IMG/VR virus record: IMGVR_UViG_3300035113_000077
Span: 34,651 to 98,650 of that record
Direction: 5' to 3' (one strand)
From: a virus
DNA: 64,000 bases
Below the pieces are notes generated by a model that searched no databases, had not been told where the DNA came from, and saw only the letters and a list, made by a program, of their open reading frames with translations. Made by a program: the position numbers and the translations under genes. Within the stretch, counting starts at the first letter, position 1; every line of letters starts with the position of its first letter. This document shows, one piece after another, positions 20,901-29,783 of this stretch.

Positions 20901-21494
20901 ATACTGATTACTAAAAACTTGAATATAAGCTTCTCTACTAGGAATAATGAATGTATCATCGTTATTGGTTAGGCTAAACTGACACTGAGCAGGCTGATTT
21001 AACTTATCTGTAATTGTTAATGAGCCATTATTTACATATTGGGTGTAATCAATCGTTCTATTTTGACTCTGAGTTACTATTACAGTTGCCCCACTAAAAC
21101 TATTCCAGTTTGTTTGAAACGTTGTATCTGTTGAAATAATCAAATTCGTAGTTGGAGCTTGTGGTGTATACTGAACTGGATTCCAAACAATAACATCAAT
21201 TGGATCGCCTGCTGCTTGTGTTTGAAATATAAATTGAAATGATGCTGCACCATTTCCTTTTGATTGTAATCTTATTGGTACAAACTTTGTTCCTGGTTGA
21301 ATTGTTATCGAACCACCAAGATTATCTAAAATAATTACTGGTTTTGTTCCTTGGTTCTTAATCCAACAAGTAGTTACATATGTCTGACCATTAACAGATG
21401 GAATTACAGTAGAATGAAAATACTTAGTTACATTTGACCCACCTGAACTTTGTATTCTAGTGGAGTCTTTATTTGTAATTAATACTTGTAGCAT
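14955..21494 (-). CDS. large tail tip / receptor-binding protein with CBM- and lectin-like domains and a C-terminal Hint domain
   Basis: Follows the tape measure; beta-rich; two N..TEEFDN..W...WGAQLExG repeats; ends CIPVDE...ILTHNGVLPKQ. Confidence 0.85.
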   Translation of the reverse strand: MLQVLITNKDSTRIQSSGGSNVTKYFHSTVIPSVNGQTYVTTCWIKNQGTKPVIILDNLGGSITIQPGTKFVPIRLQSKGNGAASFQFIFQTQAAGDPIDVIVWNPVQYTPQAPTTNLIISTDTTFQTNWNSFSGATVIVTQSQNRTIDYTQYVNNGSLTITDKLNQPAQCQFSLTNNDDTFIIPSREAYIQVFSNQYNRYVFTGFIANDIPKDFVGLNSTTPSMNFQTYRFLIQATGDEYLLGQKAVPILPPFVNMGAGQILGYLANVLAPGYFDVTSQTASGDLVPYMEYDPNKNWIAMAKELADQFRYRVKILNKVLYYKPWGDQAFPITYDETQNQKTFDPTLLKTTIFDTPLVNDVFVLGDAEASDNHEDYFVGDGFQTNFPLRYVGFQTDTDLLLKEDWSSGSVDTSKWVIQDPVNSVSLVGALNINGGTNNFGETYQYLRTGLDLGRKIVLEHGEIFFVGNCSGAIIGGVYDNANTFAEVNGSGQCEFGFDIRPASGFTVASSVSGTSGLQIQPRRLGQLVGTPVITQQNHYYILRTIVNGQSVNRYTSTFKSFTGAIISGGTNSATADITWVISDINLNNTNPLQPGFVNVQPPITDTRFTLRDQNVPAFALYVLYNVKNANLTIQWTQIFDPPQASLSAAGISGVSGGLLPLLPNNVGSLFDYELGFGLGRQIATIGNSQSGGGGSASDGTGSVLQFYSDSIPGVGSRIRLQSWESKTAIARVQDSTSIAKEASVVGDDGHRMTIMTDFKPLPRSSEECELAGKAVLLDRTNTIYQGSYGPIRDIFFDFVNKDYPRPGLFFTINAPKRNINNLKVMVSSVTISYIELMSEQANITLNYGPTQFLENLLATFVPKPEGVLMPKDTAVQPTPIQLANVGSAFTTDLDLVSLSGGPVPSLGLDSSNIYIDAGFIPTAGQFIEARQTNFGWGISNNDRLGLFQTRTFTLPRTRFDGTWYFRLLQGTFTNRNLNVGGLISRRSKVLRVYAPITPASPQLLYADSSRIKGFFNGDIRNIYGIELRGPDNATILTQQPVSTPTDMELDLIKLKANQFWVSPNLLLSTEEFDNPVWANFGSVSVSANAALDPNNLATNADLLQIPGKVINTLDGLSQVVNIPSLDLSQPLPVAGTSFTFSTWLRTSGGTATIEMVVEDSPFTSGFSALQTVTSTWKRFSISGTMGSGTNNSVRVWIRSPFGQAIGAQAIFAWGAQLEVGTSPSTYDVNVNNYNVKNYIQATEEFDNTDFWTTSSGPSVTGGAVALSLPYNFQGIVQDGITFNNSLQGNPVGAGLQTAAYSANLLGTSLNFAGVSFAFGPQPSNFITDAFAGGALSANWTVVEATFAVAGGQVSVTALAADSHALAIRTDQSYPADQFAQATIAVAPTNTNNMGVGVRASGPLGSINGYFYYGDTTNTYIVRIVNGAGILFASTNRPVVLNDVMQIEIKGNVIIGITNGVVVLTAIDATPISSGSPGIFGVGVAAPSTKLSSFAAGGFPPQNIMYGTGQVVPVVPDYYNSLRILGGAAPTTTDLITVTYVDGTQTTFSQIYSAWTLFSGNANELLAKAMAHSTQAATTLGGAVNVYHYQYALDPTKKVRSITFPSDLPVFYLAVSLIKVNYLTTVSPDATLDPNGFLTADQINLAPKGTNADSGVQQSLIAPLIANKTFTVSVWLKTSGANITTELVVQDSPQTTNIIDQLITVTNQWQRFSFSGAFGSNPSGKLRIYIGSRFTIAVGAQVLYVWGAQLEYGNAATLYLGNGNVLRLFYLYFFNLMWAYSQATIVPISSPPAPNMTLGEKLSNALVLFLDQLNRGDIRRTQLQISTDGNFLSTGAISVTGSAQPPTFNVHAPIIGSGNSFFARSKRTDFFSDGPWSPILYIPYGNLIASSFIGGQGSIPPSFDNQVTPLFTYTATAVSPGGIATGRIVITWPTFILAFPDLFFQTILSGTLDTGTILTSSQGGVTPYLFYPRVKARIPGTLVEFVNEAHTTASSNDAIACQTDGFIALGGTTIALTFNVPAAPAAGPPSSGGGTGGGSKCIPVDEILHTSEGEILGSDVTMKHFIKGANPEDRSIHHSTIDSIVFGQERCVKIELEDGSKGSCSIYTEIPIWKDNKFIGYILPWNLTGDLQLFTIDGNLSNVKSVENLGFKKVVKLVVLPIHTLFAGSILTHNGVLPKQ

Positions 21495-21502
21495 TTATTT
21501 TC

Positions 21503-24500
21503 CTATGAGTACAAGTAGCCTGCTGCCCCGCCAAATCCCCCACGTGCGCGATTGGCTCTAATATTATTTAACCAATCTTCAATGCTACCACCCATACCAC
21601 CATTACCTAATGGTGCTGGTGATGCCATAGCAGAATTAAGCCCTAGAGCAGCTAATATCTGATCCATATTTGTTAATGGAGTTCCAGATTGCAACATTTT
21701 AACTATCTGAACTAGTGCCTCTATTCTAAGTATTTCTTTGTCCGTTTGTGCTTCTTGGAGTTTTAATAACTGAGCTTCTAAATCAATTCTAGTTGTTGCC
21801 AGGTCAAATATTTGTTTTTCACTATTTACTTTGTAAGTAGTCAATGCAATGTCTTGATCCATTTGTTGAAGCTGAATATTCATCTGATTTCTTGCCTGTT
21901 GAATCTGTTGCATTTTTGTCATTGCTACTGTTCTTTGATTAACTAAAACTCCCTGAGTCATAATGTCATATTCAGTTTGAGCTTCATCTGTTAACAACTG
22001 CTTTCTATCTCTAAGTAAATCATTCAGTTTTATTGCATCTTGAATTGCCCCTTGTTCTGCTTCATTCAATGCAGTTGCCTGAGTGTCAGCAAAGTTTCTA
22101 AGACTATCAGCTAAGAACTGATTTGCCATAGCTAAGTCTTTAGCATCTCTTGCAGCTCCAGCAAATTTCTTATACTGATCCATTATATCTTTTAAGCTAC
22201 CTAACAAGCCTTGGAATTGAGTCGGAGAATTTAAAACTTTTAATTGAAGCCCAAGATCAATAAACATGGCTTCCTGTTGACGTTGTAAAGCAATAATTTG
22301 ATCATTGATAGCTTGAGCTTCTTGTTCTAATTGTGCTTTTTGTTTTTTCTTACTATGTCCTTCTTGCGAAATAACACTTTGACGTAAACTTTGTAGTTGT
22401 TGTATTCCTTGCTGAATTCCAGTTGTACCATTTGAAATAGCAGCTTGCAAATCAGCCATTTGTTTATTAACACTATTTATAAATTGAGCAGTCTGATTAT
22501 TCTTATGTCCAATAATTCCACTTAGTATTCCACCAAAAGCCGCGCCTGCAACTTGTCCGATTGGGCCAGCAAATTTGCTAAACTTACTAAACATATCTCC
22601 AATATCTCCACCAATTCCCATTCCTCCTATTGCACCACCAGCAATATCTCCGGCTTTACCATGACTAGATCCAATCATTTGAATAAAGCTTCCAACAGCT
22701 CCAACAGCCCCTTTTATTCCTTCATTAAATTTTTGCATTGAATCAGACATATCATGCCAATCAAATCCTTTGAAGGCATCTGCCAAATCAGAGAAAGCAC
22801 CACCATCTTTATCTTGGGCTGATCGTTTTGCGCGAGCGCTACCTAATTGTTCTAATATCCCACCAGCAGCTCCAACACTTGCCCATCCACCGCGAGTCAC
22901 TCCAAATTGGCCGATTAAAGAACTTAGTTGCTGAAAAATACTTCCAACATTTACCATTACGCTCTTTGACTTAAGCAATTCAATATTCATCTTCATTAAT
23001 TCTTGAGTTGCTTTAGTCATATTTCCAAGAATTTGAAACCAAAGATTAGATAAGGGCATTGTACTATGAAGTAAAGCTTGCTGTTCTTCTTTATATCTTT
23101 TTGTTGCTTCAATTTGCATTTGAACAGCATTATTGGATAATGCTACGCCACTACCACCTGACATCATTTGGGCAATAGCTTGTTGTCCCTGAAACAGCCC
23201 CATTGATCCCTGATAACGACTTTCTGAAAAACTTAATCTTGTCTGAGTTTCATTTCTTAATAGGTCAGTTAATTCTCTCTCACTTTTTATTCTAGCTTCA
23301 ATTCTTTTGTTTTCTAATTGTACTAAAGCCTCAGGTGTCTTTTTTCCATTATTATATTCTTCTTGAGCTGCAATATTTGATAGCTCTACTTCATGTTTTA
23401 TTTGAGCTTCTCGTATTGCCATGTATTCGTCGACGCTAACTGTTCTTTGCTTCAATTGATAGTCTAATAATGACTTATCGTTGGTTAGAATCTCCTGTTG
23501 CATTTTCAAATTTTCAGCAATACGCAGCTGATTCGCTTTTATCTCTGAAGTTACTCCTTGAAGATCTAGTTGCTGATTTTCTTTTGCGAATTTTTCGTTC
23601 TCAGCTAATATCTTTTCTTTAGTTTGTACATTAATTATTTTTACTTTCTCAGCAGTCTGCTGATTCAATAATTTAATTTTATCTTGTTGTTCAGCAGCAA
23701 ATGAAGCTTTATCTCCACCCTCTTCTGGTTCCTCACCACCCAGCTGAGTTATCTGTTGCCTTGCAGCTTCTTGTACTTTTTGTATTTCTAACTTCTTATA
23801 TTCTGTTAAATACTTTAGCTTAGTTTCATGATCTTGCTTATCTAGTTCTCTACTTTGATTAAGAAACGATTCTTGTGTTATTAACCCCTGATCATAAGCA
23901 ATTGTTAGAGCAGATTTCTTTGTTGCAATTGCAGCTTCTTCTTGTTTCTCTTTTAATTGTGCAACAACTTCATTATATTTAATTGTCAGTTCAGTTACTT
24001 TAGCAATACTTTTAGTATTATCTTGTAAGCGTTTATCAAGACCGCTTGTAGCAGTTTCAGCTTTTTTCAGAGCATCAGGAAATTTTTGAGCAAATAGCTC
24101 AATCAAATCATTAGTTGGTTTACCTTCGCTTTGTAGCTCTAAATAAATATCCTTCCAAGTATTATTTTTACCAAAAGTCATTCTCGAAGCTTTTTGTTTT
24201 CCATATCTTTTTTCAGCTAAAGTTCTTTGAAGATCTTCAGGAACTTTTTCTTCCATATGACTTCGAGCATCTGTACTAAATTTCAGTTGTGGTTTTCCTG
24301 CCATCATTCCTTTAGCTCGTGCCCATGCTTCCACTTCATTTCCAAAATCTTTTACTGCATTAACTCCAGCTAGTTGATTCCAACCTTCTGCAATTTTATT
24401 TACCCAACTAGCTACTTGAACTAATAGGGGTAATATTCCTTCTCCTAGAGTAAATTGCAATTGGTCAAATTGCATCTTTAGTGCAGCAGTTTCGACATTC

Positions 24501-25498
24501 CATTGATGTTGCGATTTTATAAGGTCTTCATTAACTAAAACACTATACTTATCAGCTCTATCATATAGTTCTTGAATTGCTCCACTACCTTGATTTAATA
24601 GTGGAATCATCTGATAGCCAATTCTACGTGAGAATAAATCAGCAGCTAATCTACTCTTTGTCATTCCATCCGGTAAAGTTTGAAATAAATCAGATACTCG
24701 TTTTAATATATCATTAGCTGGAAGTATATTGCCATGAGCATCTCTTAAACTAACTCCAAAAGCTTTTAATTCTTTTTCAGCTTTACTTATTCCTTGTCCC
24801 CCTCTAGAGAGTTGAAGATTCATCAACATCATAGAGCGACCCATTGTTTGAATATCTATACCAGTCGCAGCTGCTGCTAGTTTTAATTCTTGAAATTGCT
24901 TAGTAGTTACTCCAGCTCTTGAAGCAGATCGTTCTAGTTCTTCTGCCATTTTGCCAGCTTTTTCTGGCATTTCACTAATTGTCTTTACTATTTCTCCTAA
25001 TGAAGATGCTAGTTTCTCAAATATTAAAAATGCTCCTCCACCAGCTGCTCCTGCAATGATAGTGTTTAACATTCCACCACCAGTAGCAGCTCCAGAAAAA
25101 CTAGCTAATAGTTTACTAAATCCTCCACCACCTCCTGCATCTGCTTTGTCTAATGATAACTGTTTTTCTTTCAAAGAAATTAACTGTTGCTGTAGCCTTA
25201 TTTCATTTGACTTCGTTGTAAGTCTTTTTATCTGTGAAGCAGCTAAAGATTTTTCGTAGTTTGTTTCTGCTTCTGCTGCTCTTTGTTTTGCTTTTATTAA
25301 GTTAATCTGAACTGCAGTTTGTTCTTTGGTTAATCTAATTGCTTCATCATGTTGCTTCTTTGCTTCAGATGCAGACTTACTTCTTTCGCTACTAAGCATA
25401 TTACTAAGTTTTTTAACAGTGCTTTCTACACCCTTAGCATTTTCAGTAAGAGCGGATAAATCACCTTTAAACTTCAGTAATAATGTTCTAGCATCCAT
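21503..25498 (-). CDS. tail tape measure protein
   Basis: 1331 aa, helical, Ala/Gln/Lys-rich, Gly-rich hydrophobic patches; after the chaperone pair. Confidence 0.92.
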   Translation of the reverse strand: MDARTLLLKFKGDLSALTENAKGVESTVKKLSNMLSSERSKSASEAKKQHDEAIRLTKEQTAVQINLIKAKQRAAEAETNYEKSLAASQIKRLTTKSNEIRLQQQLISLKEKQLSLDKADAGGGGGFSKLLASFSGAATGGGMLNTIIAGAAGGGAFLIFEKLASSLGEIVKTISEMPEKAGKMAEELERSASRAGVTTKQFQELKLAAAATGIDIQTMGRSMMLMNLQLSRGGQGISKAEKELKAFGVSLRDAHGNILPANDILKRVSDLFQTLPDGMTKSRLAADLFSRRIGYQMIPLLNQGSGAIQELYDRADKYSVLVNEDLIKSQHQWNVETAALKMQFDQLQFTLGEGILPLLVQVASWVNKIAEGWNQLAGVNAVKDFGNEVEAWARAKGMMAGKPQLKFSTDARSHMEEKVPEDLQRTLAEKRYGKQKASRMTFGKNNTWKDIYLELQSEGKPTNDLIELFAQKFPDALKKAETATSGLDKRLQDNTKSIAKVTELTIKYNEVVAQLKEKQEEAAIATKKSALTIAYDQGLITQESFLNQSRELDKQDHETKLKYLTEYKKLEIQKVQEAARQQITQLGGEEPEEGGDKASFAAEQQDKIKLLNQQTAEKVKIINVQTKEKILAENEKFAKENQQLDLQGVTSEIKANQLRIAENLKMQQEILTNDKSLLDYQLKQRTVSVDEYMAIREAQIKHEVELSNIAAQEEYNNGKKTPEALVQLENKRIEARIKSERELTDLLRNETQTRLSFSESRYQGSMGLFQGQQAIAQMMSGGSGVALSNNAVQMQIEATKRYKEEQQALLHSTMPLSNLWFQILGNMTKATQELMKMNIELLKSKSVMVNVGSIFQQLSSLIGQFGVTRGGWASVGAAGGILEQLGSARAKRSAQDKDGGAFSDLADAFKGFDWHDMSDSMQKFNEGIKGAVGAVGSFIQMIGSSHGKAGDIAGGAIGGMGIGGDIGDMFSKFSKFAGPIGQVAGAAFGGILSGIIGHKNNQTAQFINSVNKQMADLQAAISNGTTGIQQGIQQLQSLRQSVISQEGHSKKKQKAQLEQEAQAINDQIIALQRQQEAMFIDLGLQLKVLNSPTQFQGLLGSLKDIMDQYKKFAGAARDAKDLAMANQFLADSLRNFADTQATALNEAEQGAIQDAIKLNDLLRDRKQLLTDEAQTEYDIMTQGVLVNQRTVAMTKMQQIQQARNQMNIQLQQMDQDIALTTYKVNSEKQIFDLATTRIDLEAQLLKLQEAQTDKEILRIEALVQIVKMLQSGTPLTNMDQILAALGLNSAMASPAPLGNGGMGGSIEDWLNNIRANRARGGFGGAAGYLYS

Positions 25499-25503
25499 AG
25501 TAA

Positions 25504-25884
25504 TTACCTCTGAACAATTGGTATCTTAATTCCTTGTGATGAAAGAAATCTATAAGCTTCTTTACCAGTTACTTTGCGAAGATCAATTTCACCCTCTTCA
25601 TTATAAAAGTTAGGTGATAAATCTTCCTCTTGTTCCTCTTCAATTTCTTCAGTAAATTTATTTCTTTTCTTCTTAGTAGTCTTAGAATTCTTTTCCAAGT
25701 TTAAGACTTGTTCACGTGACGAATATGACATCATTGCCATTTCAGATTTAGTAAACTTATCTTCTATTTCTGATAATGACATTTTAAATTCTTGCATCCA
25801 GCTACCTGCTGCACTTACTGCTGGGCATTTACTAATGTTGTCGCCACGTCGCTTTGGAAGCCTTGGAAAAGAATCGAGAAAAAA
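25504..25884 (-). CDS. tail assembly chaperone, -1 frameshift extension (gpGT-like)
   Basis: The -1 frame is open from the T TTT TTC slippery site (25878-25884) into ORF 25504..25797. Confidence 0.8.
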   Translation of the reverse strand, partial: FFLDSFPRLPKRRGDNISKCPAVSAAGSWMQEFKMSLSEIEDKFTKSEMAMMSYSSREQVLNLEKNSKTTKKKRNKFTEEIEEEQEEDLSPNFYNEEGEIDLRKVTGKEAYRFLSSQGIKIPIVQR

Positions 25885-26522
25885 TCCCTCATCTTGTTTA
25901 CCTCCACTTGAGCAAGAACTATGGTGGTTATTCTATAATTGGATAGATTCTCAATTACCCAAGCTTCAGTCAACCACTCATGTTTCTTTACTTTATTTTC
26001 TCCTCTAGGTGGATCTAAACAAAGTACACAACACTTTGCCAGTATATCTTGTAATGGTTGAAATAATTCCATCATTCCAAGAATCTTTTGTAGTACATCA
26101 CCTTCAAATGTTCTTAAATTAAAACCGCTAAATTCTTGAGATGCTGAAGCTAAAGAATTCTTTGCAATGGAATATAATTCACGTTCAACACTTTGAGGTA
26201 ATTCCTTCAATATAAAATCAATTGTATCGTTATCTTTTTGTAGTTTAACTTTAAAAGTTACATATTCTTTAGATAACAATTTCTGCAGTTCATCAGCGGA
26301 TAGGGGGATTCTTTTCTTTCTCTCTTCTTCTTCAAATTTTTGAACAGCTTCTCGCAACATCTCATCGTTGTTTTTACGTAGATCATCTTTAAATAGAGCA
26401 ATGTCTATTTCAAATTTCTTTTTAAATTCTTCACGTAATTGTGGTTCAAGTTCTAAGCGAAGTTGTAATTTTAAGGAATCAGTGGTGTCAATAGAATTTG
26501 ACACTATAGGTGTGGTTGACAT
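25815..26522 (-). CDS. tail assembly chaperone (gpG-like)
   Basis: Between tail tube and tape measure; slippery heptamer near the 3' end. Confidence 0.8.
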   Translation of the reverse strand: MSTTPIVSNSIDTTDSLKLQLRLELEPQLREEFKKKFEIDIALFKDDLRKNNDEMLREAVQKFEEEERKKRIPLSADELQKLLSKEYVTFKVKLQKDNDTIDFILKELPQSVERELYSIAKNSLASASQEFSGFNLRTFEGDVLQKILGMMELFQPLQDILAKCCVLCLDPPRGENKVKKHEWLTEAWVIENLSNYRITTIVLAQVEVNKMRDFFSILFQGFQSDVATTLVNAQQ

Positions 26523-26574
26523 TCTAAACCTCCAAGCTTTCTCAAATAATATAAATTACTTCAACTAGAAAATA

Positions 26575-26606
26575 TTTATGGGTGACGATATTCTGTCACC
26601 CATAAA
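26575..26606 (-). terminator. stem-loop / intrinsic terminator after the major tail gene
   Basis: 12-bp inverted repeat TTTATGGGTGAC...GTCACCCATAAA. Confidence 0.7.
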
Positions 26607-26616
26607 AGGTTAATTA

Positions 26617-27762
26617 CTAAATAGGAACTCCAGTATTCGATGCTGGATAATATGCTCTATAGCATACAACAGTTTCACCATCTAGTGGATCATCAAATGC
26701 CAATGATTCAAAAGACGCATCTAATTCATATCCAGTTTCATCGGTTGTCCCTACGTTGCTAATGGCCCAGTTTCCTAAATCTTTAAATTGACTAATCGAC
26801 AAATGTGGATAATAGAATGCAATTTGATCACTATCAATTGTATCTAGTATAAACAATGCCGACCAATCCATAATGAATGTTCCACCTTCTCTGGAAGTCC
26901 ACCCATTTATTCTCTGGATTTTAGATCCAGTCGGTGGTGATGTTGGCCCAACTAATACAGAAGATGAAGCGCCACCACCTGTAAACACTTGTTTCAAAAC
27001 TAGGGCATCTTGGTTTCCAGCAATACCAGCAATTGGCCCAGCAACTACAGCAGTAATTAGATTCGTAAAGTCCGATGTTCTACGAATAAAATCAGTGTCT
27101 TGTGGAGCGTTGTTTACATATACTGGAACTCCATTTGATCCAATAAATCCAGTTGAAACTTTATCATAGTCAACATCTACTACTATCATTTGACCAGCAG
27201 CAAATAATGCACCAGATCCAGATGGTAGAAATACACAAGGCAAACCAGCTACTCCAGGCTGAGTAGCTGTTCCTCCAGTGGTCTGATATCCAGATGCTCC
27301 AAGAGCTACAGCAGTAGTTCCAGAAGTTCCTAGTGGGTTCGTTGTTGAAGCTTGACCAGCAGCTAAGAAATTAAACACTTCGCAGCCAGAAGCAATTTTC
27401 AAAGCTAAGCGAGAATACTCACGAAACTTAAATTCAATTTCCTCCGATACTTCACCACGAACCTTTGCTCTTGTTGCCCCACGATAGCCAGACTTGATCG
27501 ACCCCACTTTGCTACCTTGTGTTAACTTATAGTCTTTAATCCATCCAAGATCAAACCATCCTGCTGGCATGTTGTTTGTATTGAATGGTCCTTGAAATTG
27601 CAAATCTAAGATTGTAGGACCAACAGCGGAGTTTGTTTGGCCAGCCCAAAAGGGGGTATTGAATGGAGCAAAGAACCCTCTCCATCCTGCTCCAATTAAA
27701 AGTTGATTTCGTCTAAATGGTTGTACTATACCTTTAGATAGTGGCATACTTAATTCCTCCAA
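26617..27762 (-). CDS. major tail (tube) protein
   Basis: Position; GWFDLGW tube-like motif; terminator downstream. Likely start MPLSK. Confidence 0.75.
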   Translation of the reverse strand: MEELSMPLSKGIVQPFRRNQLLIGAGWRGFFAPFNTPFWAGQTNSAVGPTILDLQFQGPFNTNNMPAGWFDLGWIKDYKLTQGSKVGSIKSGYRGATRAKVRGEVSEEIEFKFREYSRLALKIASGCEVFNFLAAGQASTTNPLGTSGTTAVALGASGYQTTGGTATQPGVAGLPCVFLPSGSGALFAAGQMIVVDVDYDKVSTGFIGSNGVPVYVNNAPQDTDFIRRTSDFTNLITAVVAGPIAGIAGNQDALVLKQVFTGGGASSSVLVGPTSPPTGSKIQRINGWTSREGGTFIMDWSALFILDTIDSDQIAFYYPHLSISQFKDLGNWAISNVGTTDETGYELDASFESLAFDDPLDGETVVCYRAYYPASNTGVPI

Positions 27763-27823
27763 ATGTCCTTATTTTAAATTCCTGCTTTAACCATTCTTTC
27801 TTTTTTAATATGACACTATTTCT

Positions 27824-28348
27824 TCAGCTAGTAATTACATCAGCAAACTCTCCAACAGTTACTTGACATGCTCCATAAATTATTCCTTCTTGCTTTTCAA
27901 ATCTAGTTGGCATAAATCGTGGTCTACTCCACCAAATACTATCTTGTGGTTGAACAGTTGGTACAGCCACTAATTTATTTCCTTGAACTTGGGGAGTGTA
28001 AACATTCTTATCACAAAAGTAAGGATATAAACCATTTATTAACTCAGACTTCATTTGATAATTAGATTGGTACCTACTTCCACGATTGTTTCCTACTTGA
28101 TCTTGTGGTAAATCTGCTCCTTCAATTGTCCAAACCCACTGAGTTAAATGAGAGAATCCAATTGATGTCGCTGTTCCAGATGTTGGCATTTCTCCCAACA
28201 ACAAAAGATAGAATGCTTCAGCTTGAACATTCTTCGGTGGCCAAGCATTTGCTTCAATCACTCCCATAACTGTACGTTTAGGATTTTTAGCTACAATTCT
28301 AGCTTTGACAAATTTAAAATAGCTATCGACGGCGTCTCTAATGTTCAT
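27824..28348 (-). CDS. putative tail terminator / completion protein
   Basis: Synteny immediately before the tail tube; size. Confidence 0.55.
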   Translation of the reverse strand: MNIRDAVDSYFKFVKARIVAKNPKRTVMGVIEANAWPPKNVQAEAFYLLLLGEMPTSGTATSIGFSHLTQWVWTIEGADLPQDQVGNNRGSRYQSNYQMKSELINGLYPYFCDKNVYTPQVQGNKLVAVPTVQPQDSIWWSRPRFMPTRFEKQEGIIYGACQVTVGEFADVITS

Positions 28349-28890
28349 ATAATTCGTCTGTCAAAGATAGCTTTCAATTTCAAATAACGATCAGGGCCAA
28401 CAAATTCTATCAATCGTTCTGTCCAAGATAATTTATCTTTGAATCTAAATAATAATTTACCTTCTTTACAGTAAAGATTAAAATTACCTTGACTACAGCT
28501 CTCACAGTGCTGAACATGAGTTTGCCAAGATTCTGGAAGTTTCATCAACGATGGCATAAATGACCACACTTCCAGCCAGTCAGAATCTACTTCCATGTCT
28601 CTAAATGTATCACATTTCCAAGTAAGAGTTATTCCAAAGCAATCGCGAGGCTTAAATATTACTTTCTGTAGCTGAGCCTCCATGAAATTTGTTCTATATA
28701 AACTAGTTCCAGTAAAATTCGATCCATAGCAATTAGCATTGGAAAAATTTGAATAGGAACAATCAGCATCTGTAAAATTACATTCTAATAATGAGCATCG
28801 ACTAAAATCTGAAAACTTCAACTTTTGCTTTGAGAAATCTTTTTGATAAAACTTCTGACCCGAGAATTTTGCACCATCTTGTTTTGTCAT
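28345..28890 (-). CDS. pentapeptide-repeat protein
   Basis: About 15 consecutive pentads (AKFSG QKFYQ KDFSK ... CNFTD ... SNFSN ... TNFME). Confidence 0.85.
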   Translation of the reverse strand: MTKQDGAKFSGQKFYQKDFSKQKLKFSDFSRCSLLECNFTDADCSYSNFSNANCYGSNFTGTSLYRTNFMEAQLQKVIFKPRDCFGITLTWKCDTFRDMEVDSDWLEVWSFMPSLMKLPESWQTHVQHCESCSQGNFNLYCKEGKLLFRFKDKLSWTERLIEFVGPDRYLKLKAIFDRRII

Positions 28891-28905
28891 TCCAAATTAC
28901 CTCAA

Positions 28906-29466
28906 CTATAAATTTAATGTTCCAATTGTATTAATCATATCTGATGCTAGATCATTTACACCTTTTAATATTTCATCACCTGGTTCAACAACTTGTAAGC
29001 TATCGTATAAATCACCACTATCAATTGGTACGTTTTCTTGCAGTATGACTAAACACTTCTCTGAAATTCTTTTGTAAGCACCAGTTAACTCTTGTTTTAA
29101 ACTATCTTCCGTAATTGATTCTTTTGAATCAAAACTTACTTTAGATAACTCATCTTGAATTATATTCCAATACTTATCTTCATTTATTGCAATCCATCCA
29201 CTAGGAGCTTGGGTAGAAAACCACCTATTGGTAAATTGTCCTTTAGGATTTCTACCTTGAACTGTCTTTGGTCCTTTCTTCGTTTGTCTAATATTCCCCC
29301 ACTCCCATACAAGTGCATAATTTGCTGGCGGCCCCACGCTTTGCACTCCAGACTCAACAATAATGGCCATTTGGTTTAGCCAACTAACCAACTTGTCGAT
29401 ATCTTCATCTGCTATTTCAGCAAAGATGGAACCGAGCGCTACGCTTGTTGTGTCTACCGCCAGCAA
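28906..29466 (-). CDS. putative neck protein (HK97 gp10-like)
   Basis: YALVWEWG and PIDSGDLYDS motifs, in permuted order relative to the usual gp10 pattern. Confidence 0.55.
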   Translation of the reverse strand: MLAVDTTSVALGSIFAEIADEDIDKLVSWLNQMAIIVESGVQSVGPPANYALVWEWGNIRQTKKGPKTVQGRNPKGQFTNRWFSTQAPSGWIAINEDKYWNIIQDELSKVSFDSKESITEDSLKQELTGAYKRISEKCLVILQENVPIDSGDLYDSLQVVEPGDEILKGVNDLASDMINTIGTLNL

Positions 29467-29470
29467 TTTA

Positions 29471-29767
29471 TTACACCAATACCTGTCTAACAGAATCTAA
29501 TGCAGTAAAGATGGTTGAATCAGTTCCAGTCTTAATTATTGCATTAGTAACTCCAGAACCACTTGGATCAAGAACTAAATCATTACATATTTTCTTTAGT
29601 TCTTCTGCTTTAATCAGAGCGACATTAATCATTCCTGTAATATCTTGGATCATGCCTGCTCCACCACCACTATTAAGTGGGCTAATTGCATCTGATTGTG
29701 CAGTAGCACTAGGGGTAGTTGCTAATGCAGACTTTAAATCTGTAATTACTTGTGTACTCTTTGCCAT
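29471..29767 (-). CDS. small putative virion protein
   Basis: AGGAG RBS; located in the head-tail module. Confidence 0.5.
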   Translation of the reverse strand: MAKSTQVITDLKSALATTPSATAQSDAISPLNSGGGAGMIQDITGMINVALIKAEELKKICNDLVLDPSGSGVTNAIIKTGTDSTIFTALDSVRQVLV

Positions 29768-29783
29768 GTTTATTTCTCCTTTT

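Noticed and set aside
14955-21494. Diversity-generating retroelement targeting the tail protein
   Set aside because: No reverse transcriptase and no adenine-variant template repeat seen in the window
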